DNA of 64,000 nucleotides from Clostridia bacterium (lineage in GTDB: Bacteria; Bacillota; Clostridia; Oscillospirales; CAG-272), in assembly GCA_029007295.1 (NCBI GenBank), contig JAQXHN010000014.1:58813-122812 (forward strand), written 5' to 3'. The position numbers and the translations under genes were made by a program. Under the pieces are notes generated by a model. That model did not search any database and was not told where the DNA came from. It saw nothing but the letters and a program-made list of their open reading frames with translations. Every line of letters begins with the position of its first letter. The stretch's first letter is position 1. Positions 28,428 to 39,215 of this stretch are shown in pieces.

Positions 28428-30374
28428 TTATTCAAGCTCAAATGCGCCGGTGTAGAGCTGATAATATTTTCCCTTTTCGGCTATCAGCTTTTCATGACTG
28501 CCCCTTTCGATAATTCTTCCGTGTTCAAGTACAATAATAACATCGGAATTTTTAACCGTCGACAGTCTGTGAGCTATAACGAATACGGTTCTTCCGTCCA
28601 TTAAAGCGTCCATTGCGCGCTGAACAATCGCCTCTGTTCTTGTGTCAATGGAGGACGTTGCCTCATCGAGAATCATTACCGGCGGATCGGAAACGGCCGC
28701 TCTTGCGATGGAAATCAACTGTCTTTGTCCCTGCGAAAGACCTGAGCCGTCTCCCTCAAGGACGGTATTGTAGCCGTCGGGAAGCATACGGATAAATCCG
28801 TCGGCGGAAACACGCTTTGCGGCGGCGATACATTCCTCGTCCGTGGCGTCAAGTCTGCCGTAACGAATGTTTTCCATCACGGTGCCCGTAAACAGATTTA
28901 CATCCTGCAAAACAACGCCGAGAGAACGCCGCAAATCCGGCTTTCTAATCTTGTTGATATTTATACCGTCGTATCTTACCTTACCGTCCGCAATATCGTA
29001 GAAGCGGTTGATGAGGTTTGTTATTGTTGTCTTTCCCGCACCGGTTGCTCCTACGAACGCTACTTTTTGTCCGGGCTCTGCATAGAGTGAAATGTTATGA
29101 AGAACACGCTTGCCTTCAACATATTCAAAATCCACGTCGTCAAGAACAACATTTCCCTGCAGCTTTGTGTAGGTGACGGTTCCGTCCTCCTTATGCGGAT
29201 GCTTCCATGCCCAGATTCCCGTATGCTCTTTGCTTTCGGTGATGGTGCCGTCGTCAAGTATTTTTGCGTTTACGAGCGTAACGTAACCGTCATCCTGCTC
29301 GGGCTCTTCGTCAATCAATTCAAATACTCTCTTTGCTCCGGCAAGCGCCATAATAATAGAGGACAGCTGCTGTGTAACCTGATTTATCGGCATGATAAAC
29401 TGTCTTGAAAGAGTAAGGAAGGAGGCTATCGTTCCGAGAGTAAGAGCGGTCATTCCGGTAAGAGTTAAATTCGGGACATCGGCTATAGCCAACGCACCGC
29501 CGACGATAGCTAAAAGCACATAAAGAACATGACCTAAATTGTTGGTAATCGGGCCTAAAAGATTGGCAAAAGTATTGGCCTTTGTAGCATTTTCACAAAG
29601 AACGGCGTTTTTCTTATCGAACTCCTCCTTTGCCTTTTCTTCATGGCAGAAAACCTTGACAACCTTTTGTCCGTTAATCATTTCCTCAATAAAGCCGTTA
29701 ACATCGCCGAGAGATTTCTGTTGCATCATAAAATACTTTCCGCTGTTGCCTGCGATTTTGCCGGTAATAATCATCAGCAGCACGGAGAAGAGTACGATAA
29801 ACAGCGTAATCCAAACGCTCATTGAAAGCATTGTGCAAAATACAAATATAATTGTTACAACAGAAGACAGGGCCTGCGGCAAGCTCTGCGAAATCATCTG
29901 ACGGAGAGTGTCGCAGTCGTTTGTGTAACGGCTCATTATATCGCCTGTCGAATTGCTGTCGAAATAGCGTATGGGCAGAGTCTGCATATGGGAGAACATA
30001 TCGTCTCTGATGGCTTTAAGCACTCCCTGAGAAATTACAGCCATTGTTCTGTTGTAAATAAAGCCCGACAGTATTCCCGATAAATAAATTACGCCGATAT
30101 AGATTATTCCCGTTATGAGTATTTTATAGGAGCCGGTTTTGACAATCTCGGGGATGTACTTGTCTATCAGACTTTTCAGGAATACGGCTGACATTACGCT
30201 TGCTACCGAACTGATAATTATCGAAACGATTACTATCCCTATTTTGAGCTTGAAGCGTTTAAAGTAGGTGAAAAGTCGCTTTACGGTCGCCTTGTCAAAT
30301 TTCTTTAAATCAGGCTTTCCGGCAGGGGCGCCGTGGCGCGGTCCCCGCATTTGTCCGGGTTTTGAATTATTCAT
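28428..30374 (-). CDS. ABC transporter ATP-binding/permease protein (type I exporter half-transporter)
   Basis: 6-TM domain plus NBD (GATGAGKTT, LSQGQRQ, ILDEATS). Internal ATG 30374 (MNNSKPG..) chosen; it overlaps the upstream stop by 8 nt. Confidence 0.88.
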   Translation of the reverse strand: MNNSKPGQMRGPRHGAPAGKPDLKKFDKATVKRLFTYFKRFKLKIGIVIVSIIISSVASVMSAVFLKSLIDKYIPEIVKTGSYKILITGIIYIGVIYLSGILSGFIYNRTMAVISQGVLKAIRDDMFSHMQTLPIRYFDSNSTGDIMSRYTNDCDTLRQMISQSLPQALSSVVTIIFVFCTMLSMSVWITLFIVLFSVLLMIITGKIAGNSGKYFMMQQKSLGDVNGFIEEMINGQKVVKVFCHEEKAKEEFDKKNAVLCENATKANTFANLLGPITNNLGHVLYVLLAIVGGALAIADVPNLTLTGMTALTLGTIASFLTLSRQFIMPINQVTQQLSSIIMALAGAKRVFELIDEEPEQDDGYVTLVNAKILDDGTITESKEHTGIWAWKHPHKEDGTVTYTKLQGNVVLDDVDFEYVEGKRVLHNISLYAEPGQKVAFVGATGAGKTTITNLINRFYDIADGKVRYDGININKIRKPDLRRSLGVVLQDVNLFTGTVMENIRYGRLDATDEECIAAAKRVSADGFIRMLPDGYNTVLEGDGSGLSQGQRQLISIARAAVSDPPVMILDEATSSIDTRTEAIVQRAMDALMDGRTVFVIAHRLSTVKNSDVIIVLEHGRIIERGSHEKLIAEKGKYYQLYTGAFELE

Positions 30375-32100
30375 CCGATCTACCGCCCTTCGTCTGTGAG
30401 TTATATACCTCGCGGTATATGTCGCTGATTTCGAGCAGCTCTTTGTGAGTACCGACGGCCGAAATCCTGCCGTCATCGAGAACGATTATTCTGTCGGAAT
30501 TAATAACGGAGTCTATTCTCTGAGCGATAATCAATTTCGTAGTGTCGGGTATTTCGGCGGCGAACGCTTCACGGATTTTTTTGTCCGTCGCAGTGTCCAC
30601 GGCGCTGGTTGAGTCGTCCAAAATCAGTATTTTCGGCTTTTTCAACAGAGCTCTGGCAATACAAATACGCTGTTTCTGACCGCCGGATACATTTGTACCG
30701 CCCTGTTCGATATATGTATTGTAGCCCTCGGGCATTTCGGAAATAAATCCGTTTGCCTGCGCATATTCGCATACTCGCTTCAAATCCTCGTCAGTCGCAT
30801 TCTCGTCGCCCCAACGAAGATTTTCCGCAAGGGTGCCGGAGAAAAGCACGTTCTTTTGGAGAACAACGGAAACGGCGTTTCTTAATACCTTAAGGTCATA
30901 ATCCCGTACATTTATTCCGCCGACGGTGACTTCTCCGCAGTCTGCGTCATACAGACGGGAAATAAGCGACACAAACGTGGATTTAGACGAGCCGGTTCCG
31001 CCGATTATGCCTATCGTTTCTCCGGATTTAATATCAATATTTATATTGTCAAGACAGCGCTTTTCACCGTGCTTTGAATATGAGAAGCAAACATTCTTAA
31101 ATGAAATCGAGCCGTCCTTAACCTCCTTGACGGGGTTTTCCTTCTCCTTGATGTCGCTCTCCTCGACAAGAACCTCGCATATTCTTTCTGCGCTGGCTCT
31201 GGATATGGCGATCATAACGAAAATCATCGAGAGCATCATAAGGCTTGAGAGTATCTGCATTGCATAGGTGATAAGGCTCATCAGCTCGCCCGTCGTTAAC
31301 TCGTTTCCGACAACGGCTTTTGCGCCGAGCCATGCAATAAGTATCATACATGCGTCAATGCAGAACGTCATTAAAGGCATATTGAAAGCCAGAAGCTTTT
31401 CCGCTCTTGTAAAGTTATCGTATATTTCCTTTGACGTATTTTTAAATTTTTCGTCTTCGTGCTCTTCGCGGACAAAGGATTTAACGACTCGCACGCCTCT
31501 TATGTTTTCTTGTACGGTACGGTTCAGCTTATCGTATATTTTAAAAACCTTTTCAAAAATGGGGTGCGCCTTTGAAAAAATAAAATAAAGTCCAAATCCG
31601 AGTATCGGTACTGCGGCAAGGAATACAAGAGACAGCTTGACATTGACCGTGAACGAGCAGATAAGTGAAAATATCAGCATAAACGGTGAACGGATTGCAA
31701 TTCTTATTATCATTTGAAATGCCATTTGGACATTGCTTACATCTGTCGTCAGTCTTGTTACAAGACTTGCAGTTGAAAATTTGTCTATGTTCGAGAATGA
31801 AAAGTCCTGAACACGGTAATACATATCGCGGCGCAAATTAGCTGCAAAGCCGCAGGAGGCGACAGAGGCGCTCTTGCCTGCTATTGCTCCGAAAAGCATG
31901 GAAAACAGCGCCGAAATTAAAAGGGCGATTCCCATTTTTACAATGTAGGGCAGGTTTCCTTTCTCAATGCCGTTGTCAATAAGCCGGGCCATCAACAGGG
32001 GAATGATAACCTCCATAATTACCTCTAACGAAACAAAGAGAGGGGATTTTAAAGAGTCTTTTTTGTATTTGCCTACACTCTTTAACAGCGTTTTAATCAT
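30367..32100 (-). CDS. ABC transporter ATP-binding/permease protein (heterodimer partner)
   Basis: 6-TM domain plus NBD (GGTGSSKST, VSGGQKQR, ILDDSTS). Confidence 0.9.
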   Translation of the reverse strand: MIKTLLKSVGKYKKDSLKSPLFVSLEVIMEVIIPLLMARLIDNGIEKGNLPYIVKMGIALLISALFSMLFGAIAGKSASVASCGFAANLRRDMYYRVQDFSFSNIDKFSTASLVTRLTTDVSNVQMAFQMIIRIAIRSPFMLIFSLICSFTVNVKLSLVFLAAVPILGFGLYFIFSKAHPIFEKVFKIYDKLNRTVQENIRGVRVVKSFVREEHEDEKFKNTSKEIYDNFTRAEKLLAFNMPLMTFCIDACMILIAWLGAKAVVGNELTTGELMSLITYAMQILSSLMMLSMIFVMIAISRASAERICEVLVEESDIKEKENPVKEVKDGSISFKNVCFSYSKHGEKRCLDNINIDIKSGETIGIIGGTGSSKSTFVSLISRLYDADCGEVTVGGINVRDYDLKVLRNAVSVVLQKNVLFSGTLAENLRWGDENATDEDLKRVCEYAQANGFISEMPEGYNTYIEQGGTNVSGGQKQRICIARALLKKPKILILDDSTSAVDTATDKKIREAFAAEIPDTTKLIIAQRIDSVINSDRIIVLDDGRISAVGTHKELLEISDIYREVYNSQTKGGRSDE

Positions 32101-32124
32101 TATTTTTTCCTTTTCTGTCTGATG

Positions 32125-32559
32125 TCAATCCGAAATGTTTTTTTCGAGCCGGGCAAGATAACCGAGCATCGTTTTGATTTCATCGGGCGAAAAGCCCTTT
32201 GTAATGCATTTTTCGACCTCCCTCGCGTCGTCTCTCATAAGCTCGGCCAATTCTTTTGCTTTCTTGGTCAGAACGAGCTTTTTCAGTCTTGCGTCGCTCG
32301 AAACCTTTTCTGTTTTGATCAAATCCTTTTCCGTCATAAGGGAGATTATTTTCGATGTTGTTGAACGGGTGATTCCGAATTCACGTTCAATATCCCGTTG
32401 GAAAATATCCTTGTTTGAGTTCTCATACAAATAGCCTATAATAAAGCTGTTTGCGCCGGTTACTCTCTCGACGGTTTTTTTATTCAGGTTGTTGTCGACA
32501 TAACGGCGGATTTTGTGGTTAAGACTTCTAAACGCCGTCGATAACTGCATTTCTTCCAT
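32125..32559 (-). CDS. MarR family transcriptional regulator
   Basis: Winged-helix region FQRDIEREFGITRSTTSKIISLMTEKDLI. First gene of the MarR-ABC-ABC operon. Confidence 0.85.
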   Translation of the reverse strand: MEEMQLSTAFRSLNHKIRRYVDNNLNKKTVERVTGANSFIIGYLYENSNKDIFQRDIEREFGITRSTTSKIISLMTEKDLIKTEKVSSDARLKKLVLTKKAKELAELMRDDAREVEKCITKGFSPDEIKTMLGYLARLEKNISD

Positions 32560-32745
32560 AGAGTTTTCCTTTCTATATTGTTTGATATACAACATTATAT
32601 TCGTTTTTTATGTAAAGTCAATACTCTTTGTTGAGATTTCATAATCAATTTACACAGATTAAAAATAAGTTCACAATAGTCATTTTTCGACATAATATGT
32701 AATATGTATGGCTAAAAAAATGAAAGGAATGGTAATACCGAAAAA

Positions 32746-33594
32746 ATGAAAAACAAGATTGCCGTTCTCGGCAATGACAGCAGATTTGCATTTTGTGTAA
32801 ATGCGCTTTCGGAAAAAGGATATAATGCCACGGCGGGCAGCGGCAGCGGAGTTTCGGATTTTGATAATTGCATAAAAAATTCGATTGCCTGTGTTGTCGG
32901 TGTTCCGATGTCGAGGGACGATATGTATTTGTCCGGCGTCGGAAATTCGCTTAAAATTTCACTTGAACATTTTTTTGAAAGATGTTCACAGAGCAATGCG
33001 TGCGTTTTCGGGGGACTTATTTCCGCAAAAACCCGTAACAAAGCAGAAAAATACGGTGTACGCATCTTTGATTATCAGGAGGATGAAGCTTATCTTTTAA
33101 GAAATGCGAAATGCACGGCGACCGCTTCGTTAAGCCTTATGATGAATACGCTTACCGTGTCGCCGGATACGGCAAGCGCCCTTATTATAGGTAACGGCAG
33201 GGTGGGAAAGGCTCTTTCACATGTTCTTTGCTGTGTCGGCACCGATGTTACGGTTTGCGCAAGGAGCAAGCGGGATCTTGCTTATGCACACTGTTCGGGC
33301 TGCGATACCGTCGATATTTCCCGCGGTATCTGTGATTTACCGTACTGCGATATTGTATTCAATACGGTGCCTAATATGATTTTTGACACAAATAATGTAG
33401 GAAAAATATCGGAAAACGCTTTTGTATGCAATCTTGCCTCCCGAAACGGAGGCTTCAGCGACGGCGCAAGGGAACTTCTCGGAGAAAGATATCTGTGTGC
33501 GTCCTCCTTACCGGGAAAGATTTTCCCCGAAACGGCAGGGTATGATCTTGCCGAGGCTGTTTCGGATATAATCGAAAGAGAGGGTTTGCTATGA
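32746..33594 (+). CDS. dpaA: dipicolinate synthase subunit A
   Basis: MKNKIAVLGNDSR... N-terminus and Rossmann GNGRVGKA. Overlaps dpaB by 4 nt. Confidence 0.75.
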   Translation: MKNKIAVLGNDSRFAFCVNALSEKGYNATAGSGSGVSDFDNCIKNSIACVVGVPMSRDDMYLSGVGNSLKISLEHFFERCSQSNACVFGGLISAKTRNKAEKYGVRIFDYQEDEAYLLRNAKCTATASLSLMMNTLTVSPDTASALIIGNGRVGKALSHVLCCVGTDVTVCARSKRDLAYAHCSGCDTVDISRGICDLPYCDIVFNTVPNMIFDTNNVGKISENAFVCNLASRNGGFSDGARELLGERYLCASSLPGKIFPETAGYDLAEAVSDIIEREGLL

Positions 33595-34157
33595 TAGGAT
33601 ATGCTATGTGCGGTTCCTTTTGCACCGTAGAAAAAGCTCTTAATCAGATGAGAGAGCTTGTCAAAATGGGAAACGAAATTCTGCCGATTTTATCCGAAAA
33701 TCTGATAAAGAACGATACAAGATTCGGAAAGGGAAGCGAAATAGTCGAAAACGTACGGTTAATAGCCCAAAACGAGCCTGTGACAACTATAGCAGGAGCA
33801 GAACCGTTAGGACCTAAAATCCGTCTTGAGGCTTTGATTATCGCCCCCTGCACGGGAAATACCTTGGCAAAAATTTCATCCGGAATAACGGATACCTGCG
33901 TTACCATGGCATATAAAGCGCACCGGCGCTCGCTTCGTCCGACAATTATTGCGCTGGCCTCGAATGACGCTCTCTCCGTGGGATTATGCAATATCGGAAG
34001 CATGCTGCAGAAGAAAAATGTATTTTTCGTTCCGATGGTTCAGGATTCGCCGACGTCCAAGCCGAATTCGCTTGTTTGCGATTACTCCCAAATTCCGAGA
34101 GCGCTTACCTACGCTCTGTCGGGAAGACAGATTTTGCCGATGTTTTTAACGGAATAA
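33591..34157 (+). CDS. dpaB: dipicolinate synthase subunit B (flavoprotein)
   Basis: GYAMCGSFCT and IAPCTGNTLAKISSGITDT motifs typical of SpoVFB. Confidence 0.85.
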   Translation: MIGYAMCGSFCTVEKALNQMRELVKMGNEILPILSENLIKNDTRFGKGSEIVENVRLIAQNEPVTTIAGAEPLGPKIRLEALIIAPCTGNTLAKISSGITDTCVTMAYKAHRRSLRPTIIALASNDALSVGLCNIGSMLQKKNVFFVPMVQDSPTSKPNSLVCDYSQIPRALTYALSGRQILPMFLTE

Positions 34158-34159
34158 GA

Positions 34160-34197
34160 AACAGCAGGATGTTTTCAGTTGAAAATATCCTGCTGTT
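34160..34197. terminator. hairpin between convergent dpaB and nifS
   Basis: AACAGCAGGAT-15 nt-ATCCTGCTGTT (11 bp); weak U-tracts. Confidence 0.55.
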
Positions 34198-34217
34198 TAA
34201 AGCATATTTGAAATTAA

Positions 34218-35369
34218 TCAACGGCGTCTTATTTTTACCAACCGTTCAATTCCTTCTTTAAAGGCGTCGGCGACATACTCGATATCGCCGTCGGAAAGAT
34301 TATCCTCAAAGGAAAGTCTGAGGGTGCAGTCTGCGTCAAAATCGGACAGTCCGAAATCCGAAAGCACATAGCTGGCATGACCCGTATTTGACGAGCAAGC
34401 CGAGCCGCTTGATACGAATATGCCCTTTGACGAAAGGAAATGAAGCATTGTTTCACTCTTTATGCTCGGTAAAGTCACGCTGAGTATTCCCGGGTAGTAA
34501 TCTGCGCAGGGAGTATTGATTTTTACCGATTCGGGAAGAGCATTAATGAGCTTTTGACGGATTTCACCTATTTTGTCAAGGTTCGGTGTATGCAAAACCG
34601 CTTCACCGAGCCCGACGATCCCGAGCGTGTTTTCGGTACCCGAACGGATTCCGGATTCCTGACCTCCTCCGTATAAAAAGGGGATAATTTTCTTTTTCTT
34701 TATCATCTCGTCGCTTATGTAAAGACCGCCGACTCCCTTCGGCGCATGGATCTTGTGTCCTGAAAAGGAGATCAAATCCGCCTTCATTTTTTTAGGATTA
34801 AGCTTCAGCTTGCCAAATGCCTGAACTGCGTCGGTGTGAGTTATGATATCGGGATTATAGGACTTAACGGCGGAAAACAGATTTTCAATACCGTAAATTG
34901 CGCCGGTTTCGTTGTTTACGGTCATAATGCTGACAAGAAAAGTTTTTTCGTTGAGAGCGTTTTTTAATTCGTCCGGGCTGATAACCCCGCCCTTGGCGGA
35001 AAGACGGACGACGTCAAATCCGTCCTTTTCGAGCTTTTTCATACATTCAAGCACGGACGGATGCTCCGTTGCGCTTGTTATTATCCTGCCTTGGCGGTAG
35101 CATTGCTTTGAATAAGCGGTACCGAAAATTGCGGTATTGTTTGACTCAGAGCCGCAGGAGGTAAAAATGATATTATGCTCCTTTGAGGTAACAAGAGCAA
35201 GAGCCTTTGCGACATTTTGCCTAGCGCGGCGTATTTGCGCTTCTGCATTGACACCGAGCGTGTGCAGCGAAGACGGATTGCCGAAGCAATCCATAACGCT
35301 CATTATTGCGCCCTTAACCTCCTCCGAAAGGGGAGTTGTTGCGCTGTTGTCAAGATAAACAGTATTCAT
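34218..35369 (-). CDS. nifS: cysteine desulfurase (NifS/IscS, class V aminotransferase)
   Basis: YLDNSATTP, PLP-lysine context SGHKIHAPKGVG, and active-site SSGSACSS. Confidence 0.9.
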   Translation of the reverse strand: MNTVYLDNSATTPLSEEVKGAIMSVMDCFGNPSSLHTLGVNAEAQIRRARQNVAKALALVTSKEHNIIFTSCGSESNNTAIFGTAYSKQCYRQGRIITSATEHPSVLECMKKLEKDGFDVVRLSAKGGVISPDELKNALNEKTFLVSIMTVNNETGAIYGIENLFSAVKSYNPDIITHTDAVQAFGKLKLNPKKMKADLISFSGHKIHAPKGVGGLYISDEMIKKKKIIPFLYGGGQESGIRSGTENTLGIVGLGEAVLHTPNLDKIGEIRQKLINALPESVKINTPCADYYPGILSVTLPSIKSETMLHFLSSKGIFVSSGSACSSNTGHASYVLSDFGLSDFDADCTLRLSFEDNLSDGDIEYVADAFKEGIERLVKIRRR

Positions 35370-35965
35370 CAGTTGAATCTGACGTTCTTAACGATTTTAT
35401 CGACATCGTCAAGGTGAGAGTCAAACGCTTCTTCGGTTGCGGTGTAGCAGAAGATGTAAACATCGGTACCGTGTACGCATACTATTTGAATGAATTTGTA
35501 GTCTGTTCCGTCAAGCTGTGCGGAAAAGGTATACTTGTTTGCGTCGAGTCCGTCAAGCTTGACCGTGGAGTAATTAACCGCAACCGATTTTCCGTCTTCT
35601 GTTGTTTCTTCGCCGTAGGTTTCGTATTTGATGTCGGATAACACGTCCTTTAACTTGTTCTCATAGTATTCCCAGTAGGATTTTGCGTCGGAAATATATT
35701 TGCCGTCGGGGGTTAATGCGTCGTCCGGGACGGTGTACGCCGTAAACGATATATTGGAGCGGTCAGTGGAGGAAGCGTATGCGCTTGCAAAGCCACTCGA
35801 CATATCGGCGACCCATTCATTCGGAATGTAAACAGTATATGAGCCGGAGGCTTGGTCGAGAATTTTCATTCCGTCAGGCGCGTCGGATTCCGTTGAAGCG
35901 CAGGATACAAGAACAAAAATTACGGCCGTACATATCAAAAGGGAAACGATATTCTTTATTTTCAT
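35369..35965 (-). CDS. lipoprotein of unknown function
   Basis: MKIKNIVSLLICTAVIFVLVSCAS signal with a lipobox. GGGAG RBS before ATG 35965. The stop overlaps the nifS start (TGATG). Confidence 0.65.
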   Translation of the reverse strand: MKIKNIVSLLICTAVIFVLVSCASTESDAPDGMKILDQASGSYTVYIPNEWVADMSSGFASAYASSTDRSNISFTAYTVPDDALTPDGKYISDAKSYWEYYENKLKDVLSDIKYETYGEETTEDGKSVAVNYSTVKLDGLDANKYTFSAQLDGTDYKFIQIVCVHGTDVYIFCYTATEEAFDSHLDDVDKIVKNVRFN

Positions 35966-36106
35966 AATGGAAGCTCCCGATTTTTTTCTTTTCATTATAC
36001 TATCGGAAAAATCAGTATACAAGACAATATTTGTAAACAATAGGGACGAAAAAAAGCAAAACCTCGGCGAAAAAAACGGATTTTGCCGTTTTCGGTATCA
36101 TTATTT

Positions 36107-37477
36107 TTATTTCTCACACAGCATTTCGCCGACTTTCCATACATCCCCTGCACCCATAGTAATAACAAGGTCGCCCGCGGCGGCATTTTCCTTGATATAA
36201 TTTACGATATTTTCAAACGAACCGAGGTAGATCGCTTTACTTCCCACCGCACTTGCAAGCATTTTGGAGGAAACGCCGAAAGTATTTGTTTCTCTTGCCG
36301 CATAAATGTCGGCAAAAATAACCGTATCAACATCGGAAAACGCATTGGCAAATTCATTGAACAGACCTGCGGTACGGGAGTAGGTGTGAGGCTGAAAAAC
36401 ACAAAATATCTTTTTATAGCCTCTTTTTGAAACGCCGTGAAGCGTAGTTGAAATTTCACTTGGATGGTGCGCATAATCGTCGTACACGTCGACGCCGTTA
36501 AATTCGCCGGTTTTCTCGAAGCGTCTGTGCGCTCCCGTAAAATGCAAAAGTCCGGAGCGAATGGCTTCAAAGTCGATACCCGATATATGAGAGGACGCCG
36601 ACGCGCAAAGTGCGTCAATTATGCTGTGCTCTCCGGGTACCGATAATTTTATGTGTCCGAGCAAGGCGCCGTGGCAGAGAATATCAAATTCACCGAAGCC
36701 GTTATCGTACGTAATATTGTCCGCTTTGTAGTCCAGTCCCTCGCTCTTAAATCCGCATTTAACGAGGTTCCCCCTGTAGCCTTCGCAGGCAAGGCGGACT
36801 CTTGCGTCGTCCCAGTTGACAACCGCCGTATCGGCAAGGCTTATGTACCGCCTGAACGATTCTATGGTCTGCTCCATGGAGAGAAAATAATCCACATGGT
36901 CACGGTCGATATTCAGTACAATCGCAACGGTAGGCAAAAACGACAGAAAAGAATCTGTGTATTCGCAGGCCTCGAATATAAAATGCTCTCTTGAGCCTAC
37001 ACGATACGCTCCGTCAAGAATGCCGAGCTCCGCTCCGCTGACTATTGTGGGGTTAACGGCGCTTTCGATGAAAATCTGAGAAAGCATAGAGGTCGTTGTG
37101 CTTTTGCCGTGCATACCCGCAACTCCTATTCTGTTGCGGTAATCCTTCATTATGTATCCTAAAAATTCAGCTCTTTTAAGACACGGAATGCCGAGCGCAC
37201 CGGCGTTTTTCATTTCCGGATTGTCGCTTTTTACTGCGGCTGTATATATCACTGCGTCGGCGCCGACTACATTTTCCGGCTTATGCCCGTATGTGATTTC
37301 GGCACCTGCCGATTCGAGCTTCATGCACAGTTCGCTTTGATTTCTGTCACTGCCGGTAACGTGAAAACCGAGATCTACGGCAATCATTGCAAGCGACGAC
37401 ATACTGATACCGCCGATGCCTACAAAATGAAGACGGCGGGCGTTTTTCAATATTTCACAAATTTCGTTTATTTCCAC
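36107..37477 (-). CDS. murC: UDP-N-acetylmuramate--L-alanine ligase
   Basis: HFVGIGGISMSSLA and GMHGKSTTTSM motifs of Mur ligases. Size and C-terminus fit MurC. Confidence 0.93.
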   Translation of the reverse strand: MEINEICEILKNARRLHFVGIGGISMSSLAMIAVDLGFHVTGSDRNQSELCMKLESAGAEITYGHKPENVVGADAVIYTAAVKSDNPEMKNAGALGIPCLKRAEFLGYIMKDYRNRIGVAGMHGKSTTTSMLSQIFIESAVNPTIVSGAELGILDGAYRVGSREHFIFEACEYTDSFLSFLPTVAIVLNIDRDHVDYFLSMEQTIESFRRYISLADTAVVNWDDARVRLACEGYRGNLVKCGFKSEGLDYKADNITYDNGFGEFDILCHGALLGHIKLSVPGEHSIIDALCASASSHISGIDFEAIRSGLLHFTGAHRRFEKTGEFNGVDVYDDYAHHPSEISTTLHGVSKRGYKKIFCVFQPHTYSRTAGLFNEFANAFSDVDTVIFADIYAARETNTFGVSSKMLASAVGSKAIYLGSFENIVNYIKENAAAGDLVITMGAGDVWKVGEMLCEK

Positions 37478-37668
37478 GGTAATCTCCCTTTTTTAATTAT
37501 AATAAAAAAATAATATATTTTCATGAATAAGATAATCGATTTTAATTGTAAATATTTGTGATATTTAATAATTTTTAATTTTAACAAACAAATTGTTTAA
37601 AAATACGTCATATAGTGATTGTATAATTAGTTTCAGTGTGGGTTATTTTATTAAAAGGAAGGGATATT

Positions 37669-37950
37669 ATGCAGATTACAGACATCAAAATCCGCAAGTT
37701 TTTTGATGATGACAGTCCGATGAAGGCGGTTGTATCTGTTACATTGGATGACCAGCTTGTTATTCATGACATTAAGGTCATCTATGCGAGAGAAAGACAC
37801 TTTATCGTGATGCCCAGTCGAAAAAATCCTGACGGATCATATCGCGATATAGTTCATCCGATTAACTCCGATTTTCGTAATCTTTTGGAAGCCGGCGTTA
37901 TTAATGAATATTTGCGCGAGCATGAAAATCAATCTGAAACCGAAGAATAA
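37669..37950 (+). CDS. spoVG: septation protein SpoVG
   Basis: MQITDIKIRK...KAVVSVTLDDQLVIHDIKVI...FIVMPSRK is the SpoVG signature. ATG 37669 with GGAAGGG RBS. Confidence 0.93.
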   Translation: MQITDIKIRKFFDDDSPMKAVVSVTLDDQLVIHDIKVIYARERHFIVMPSRKNPDGSYRDIVHPINSDFRNLLEAGVINEYLREHENQSETEE

Positions 37951-37964
37951 TATACTTCAATTAA

Positions 37965-37991
37965 AACTCCCGATTTTATCGGGAGTTTTTT
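37965..37991 (+). terminator. intrinsic terminator of spoVG
   Basis: CTCCCGAT-TTT-ATCGGGAG followed by TTTTTT. Confidence 0.8.
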
Positions 37992-38128
37992 CGTTTTTCC
38001 GATAATTAGAATATCATTATTTTTCTGTGATGTCAATAGCATTGTCGCCGATTAAACGATTTTAGTTGTCTATTACAACAAAACATACGGCTTTTTTTGT
38101 GTTTTTAAGTCATAGAGCGGGTTTTGGG

Positions 38129-38157
38129 TTGATTTTTTATTTGATTTATGATAGAAT
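38129..38157 (+). promoter_or_regulatory. sigma-A-like promoter with extended -10 (TTGATT-17-TGaTAGAAT) of the polysaccharide locus
   Basis: Read directly, about 70 nt upstream of the epimerase gene. Confidence 0.45.
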
Positions 38158-38226
38158 AGAGCGATAAGGTCTCTGTAATAATATTGGTAATGACATAGTT
38201 TTTTTTCATTCAGGAGGTTTTTAAAT

Positions 38227-39201
38227 ATGGGATACGGAAATTTGAAATTTCCCGAAAATACGCTTTTTCTTGTTACCGGAGGCGCCGGATTTATCGGTTC
38301 GAATCTTTGCGAGGCGATACTTAATATGGGATATCGCGTTCGTTGCCTTGACGATTTATCTACAGGCAGGCAAGCCAATATCGACTTGTTTTCAGATAAT
38401 GATAATTATGAATTTATTAAGGGTGACATTAAAGATTTTGATACATGTATGCGGGCGTGCGCAGACGTTGACTATGTTTTGCACGAGGCTGCGTGGGGCA
38501 GTGTGCCCCGTTCTATCGAAATGCCCCTTTTCTATAGCTTAAACAATATTCAGGGAACTCTGAATATGCTGGAGGCCGCAAGACAAAACGGCGTCAAAAG
38601 ATTTGTTTACGCTTCAAGCTCCTCCGTTTACGGCGACGAGCCTAAGCTCCCCAAAAAGGAGGGCGGAGAGGGAAATCTTCTTTCCCCGTATGCGTTGACA
38701 AAGCGCTGCGATGAGGAGTGGGCGAAGCAGTATACCCGTCACTACGGTCTTGCCACAGTCGGTTTGAGATATTTCAACGTCTTCGGCAGAAGACAGGATC
38801 CAAACGGCGCATACGCCGCCGTCATACCGAAATTTATTATGCAGCTCATGCGCGGAGAAAGACCCACTGTCAACGGCGACGGAAAGCAAAGCAGGGACTT
38901 TACCTATATCGAGAATGTTATTGAAGCCAATTTAAAGGCTTGCCTTGCGCCGAAAGAGGCTGAAGGCGAGACTTTTAATGTTGCATACGGCGGCAGAGAA
39001 TATTTAATCGACATATACTATAGCTTAACAAAGGAGTTGGGCGTCGATATCGAGCCGATTTTCGGTCCCGACAGAAAGGGAGACATTAAGCATTCAAACG
39101 CCGATATAGGAAAAGCGAAGAAGCTTTTGGGGTACGAGCCGGAATACGATTTCGCAAAGGGACTCGCCGAGGCGATTGACTGGTATAAAGAGAATTTATA
39201 G
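38227..39201 (+). CDS. NAD-dependent nucleotide-sugar epimerase (WbpP/TviC-like SDR)
   Basis: LVTGGAGFIGSNL Rossmann fold and YALTK (YxxxK) catalytic motif. Confidence 0.85.
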   Translation: MGYGNLKFPENTLFLVTGGAGFIGSNLCEAILNMGYRVRCLDDLSTGRQANIDLFSDNDNYEFIKGDIKDFDTCMRACADVDYVLHEAAWGSVPRSIEMPLFYSLNNIQGTLNMLEAARQNGVKRFVYASSSSVYGDEPKLPKKEGGEGNLLSPYALTKRCDEEWAKQYTRHYGLATVGLRYFNVFGRRQDPNGAYAAVIPKFIMQLMRGERPTVNGDGKQSRDFTYIENVIEANLKACLAPKEAEGETFNVAYGGREYLIDIYYSLTKELGVDIEPIFGPDRKGDIKHSNADIGKAKKLLGYEPEYDFAKGLAEAIDWYKENL

Positions 39202-39215
39202 TTTTCGGGAGAAGC

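Noticed and set aside
30375-30476. 34-codon N-terminal extension of the second ABC half-transporter suggested by the ORF track.
   Set aside because: The extension lies wholly inside the upstream ABC gene's 3' end. The internal ATG at 30374 gives the usual 8-nt overlap for coupled ABC pairs and a typical N-terminus.
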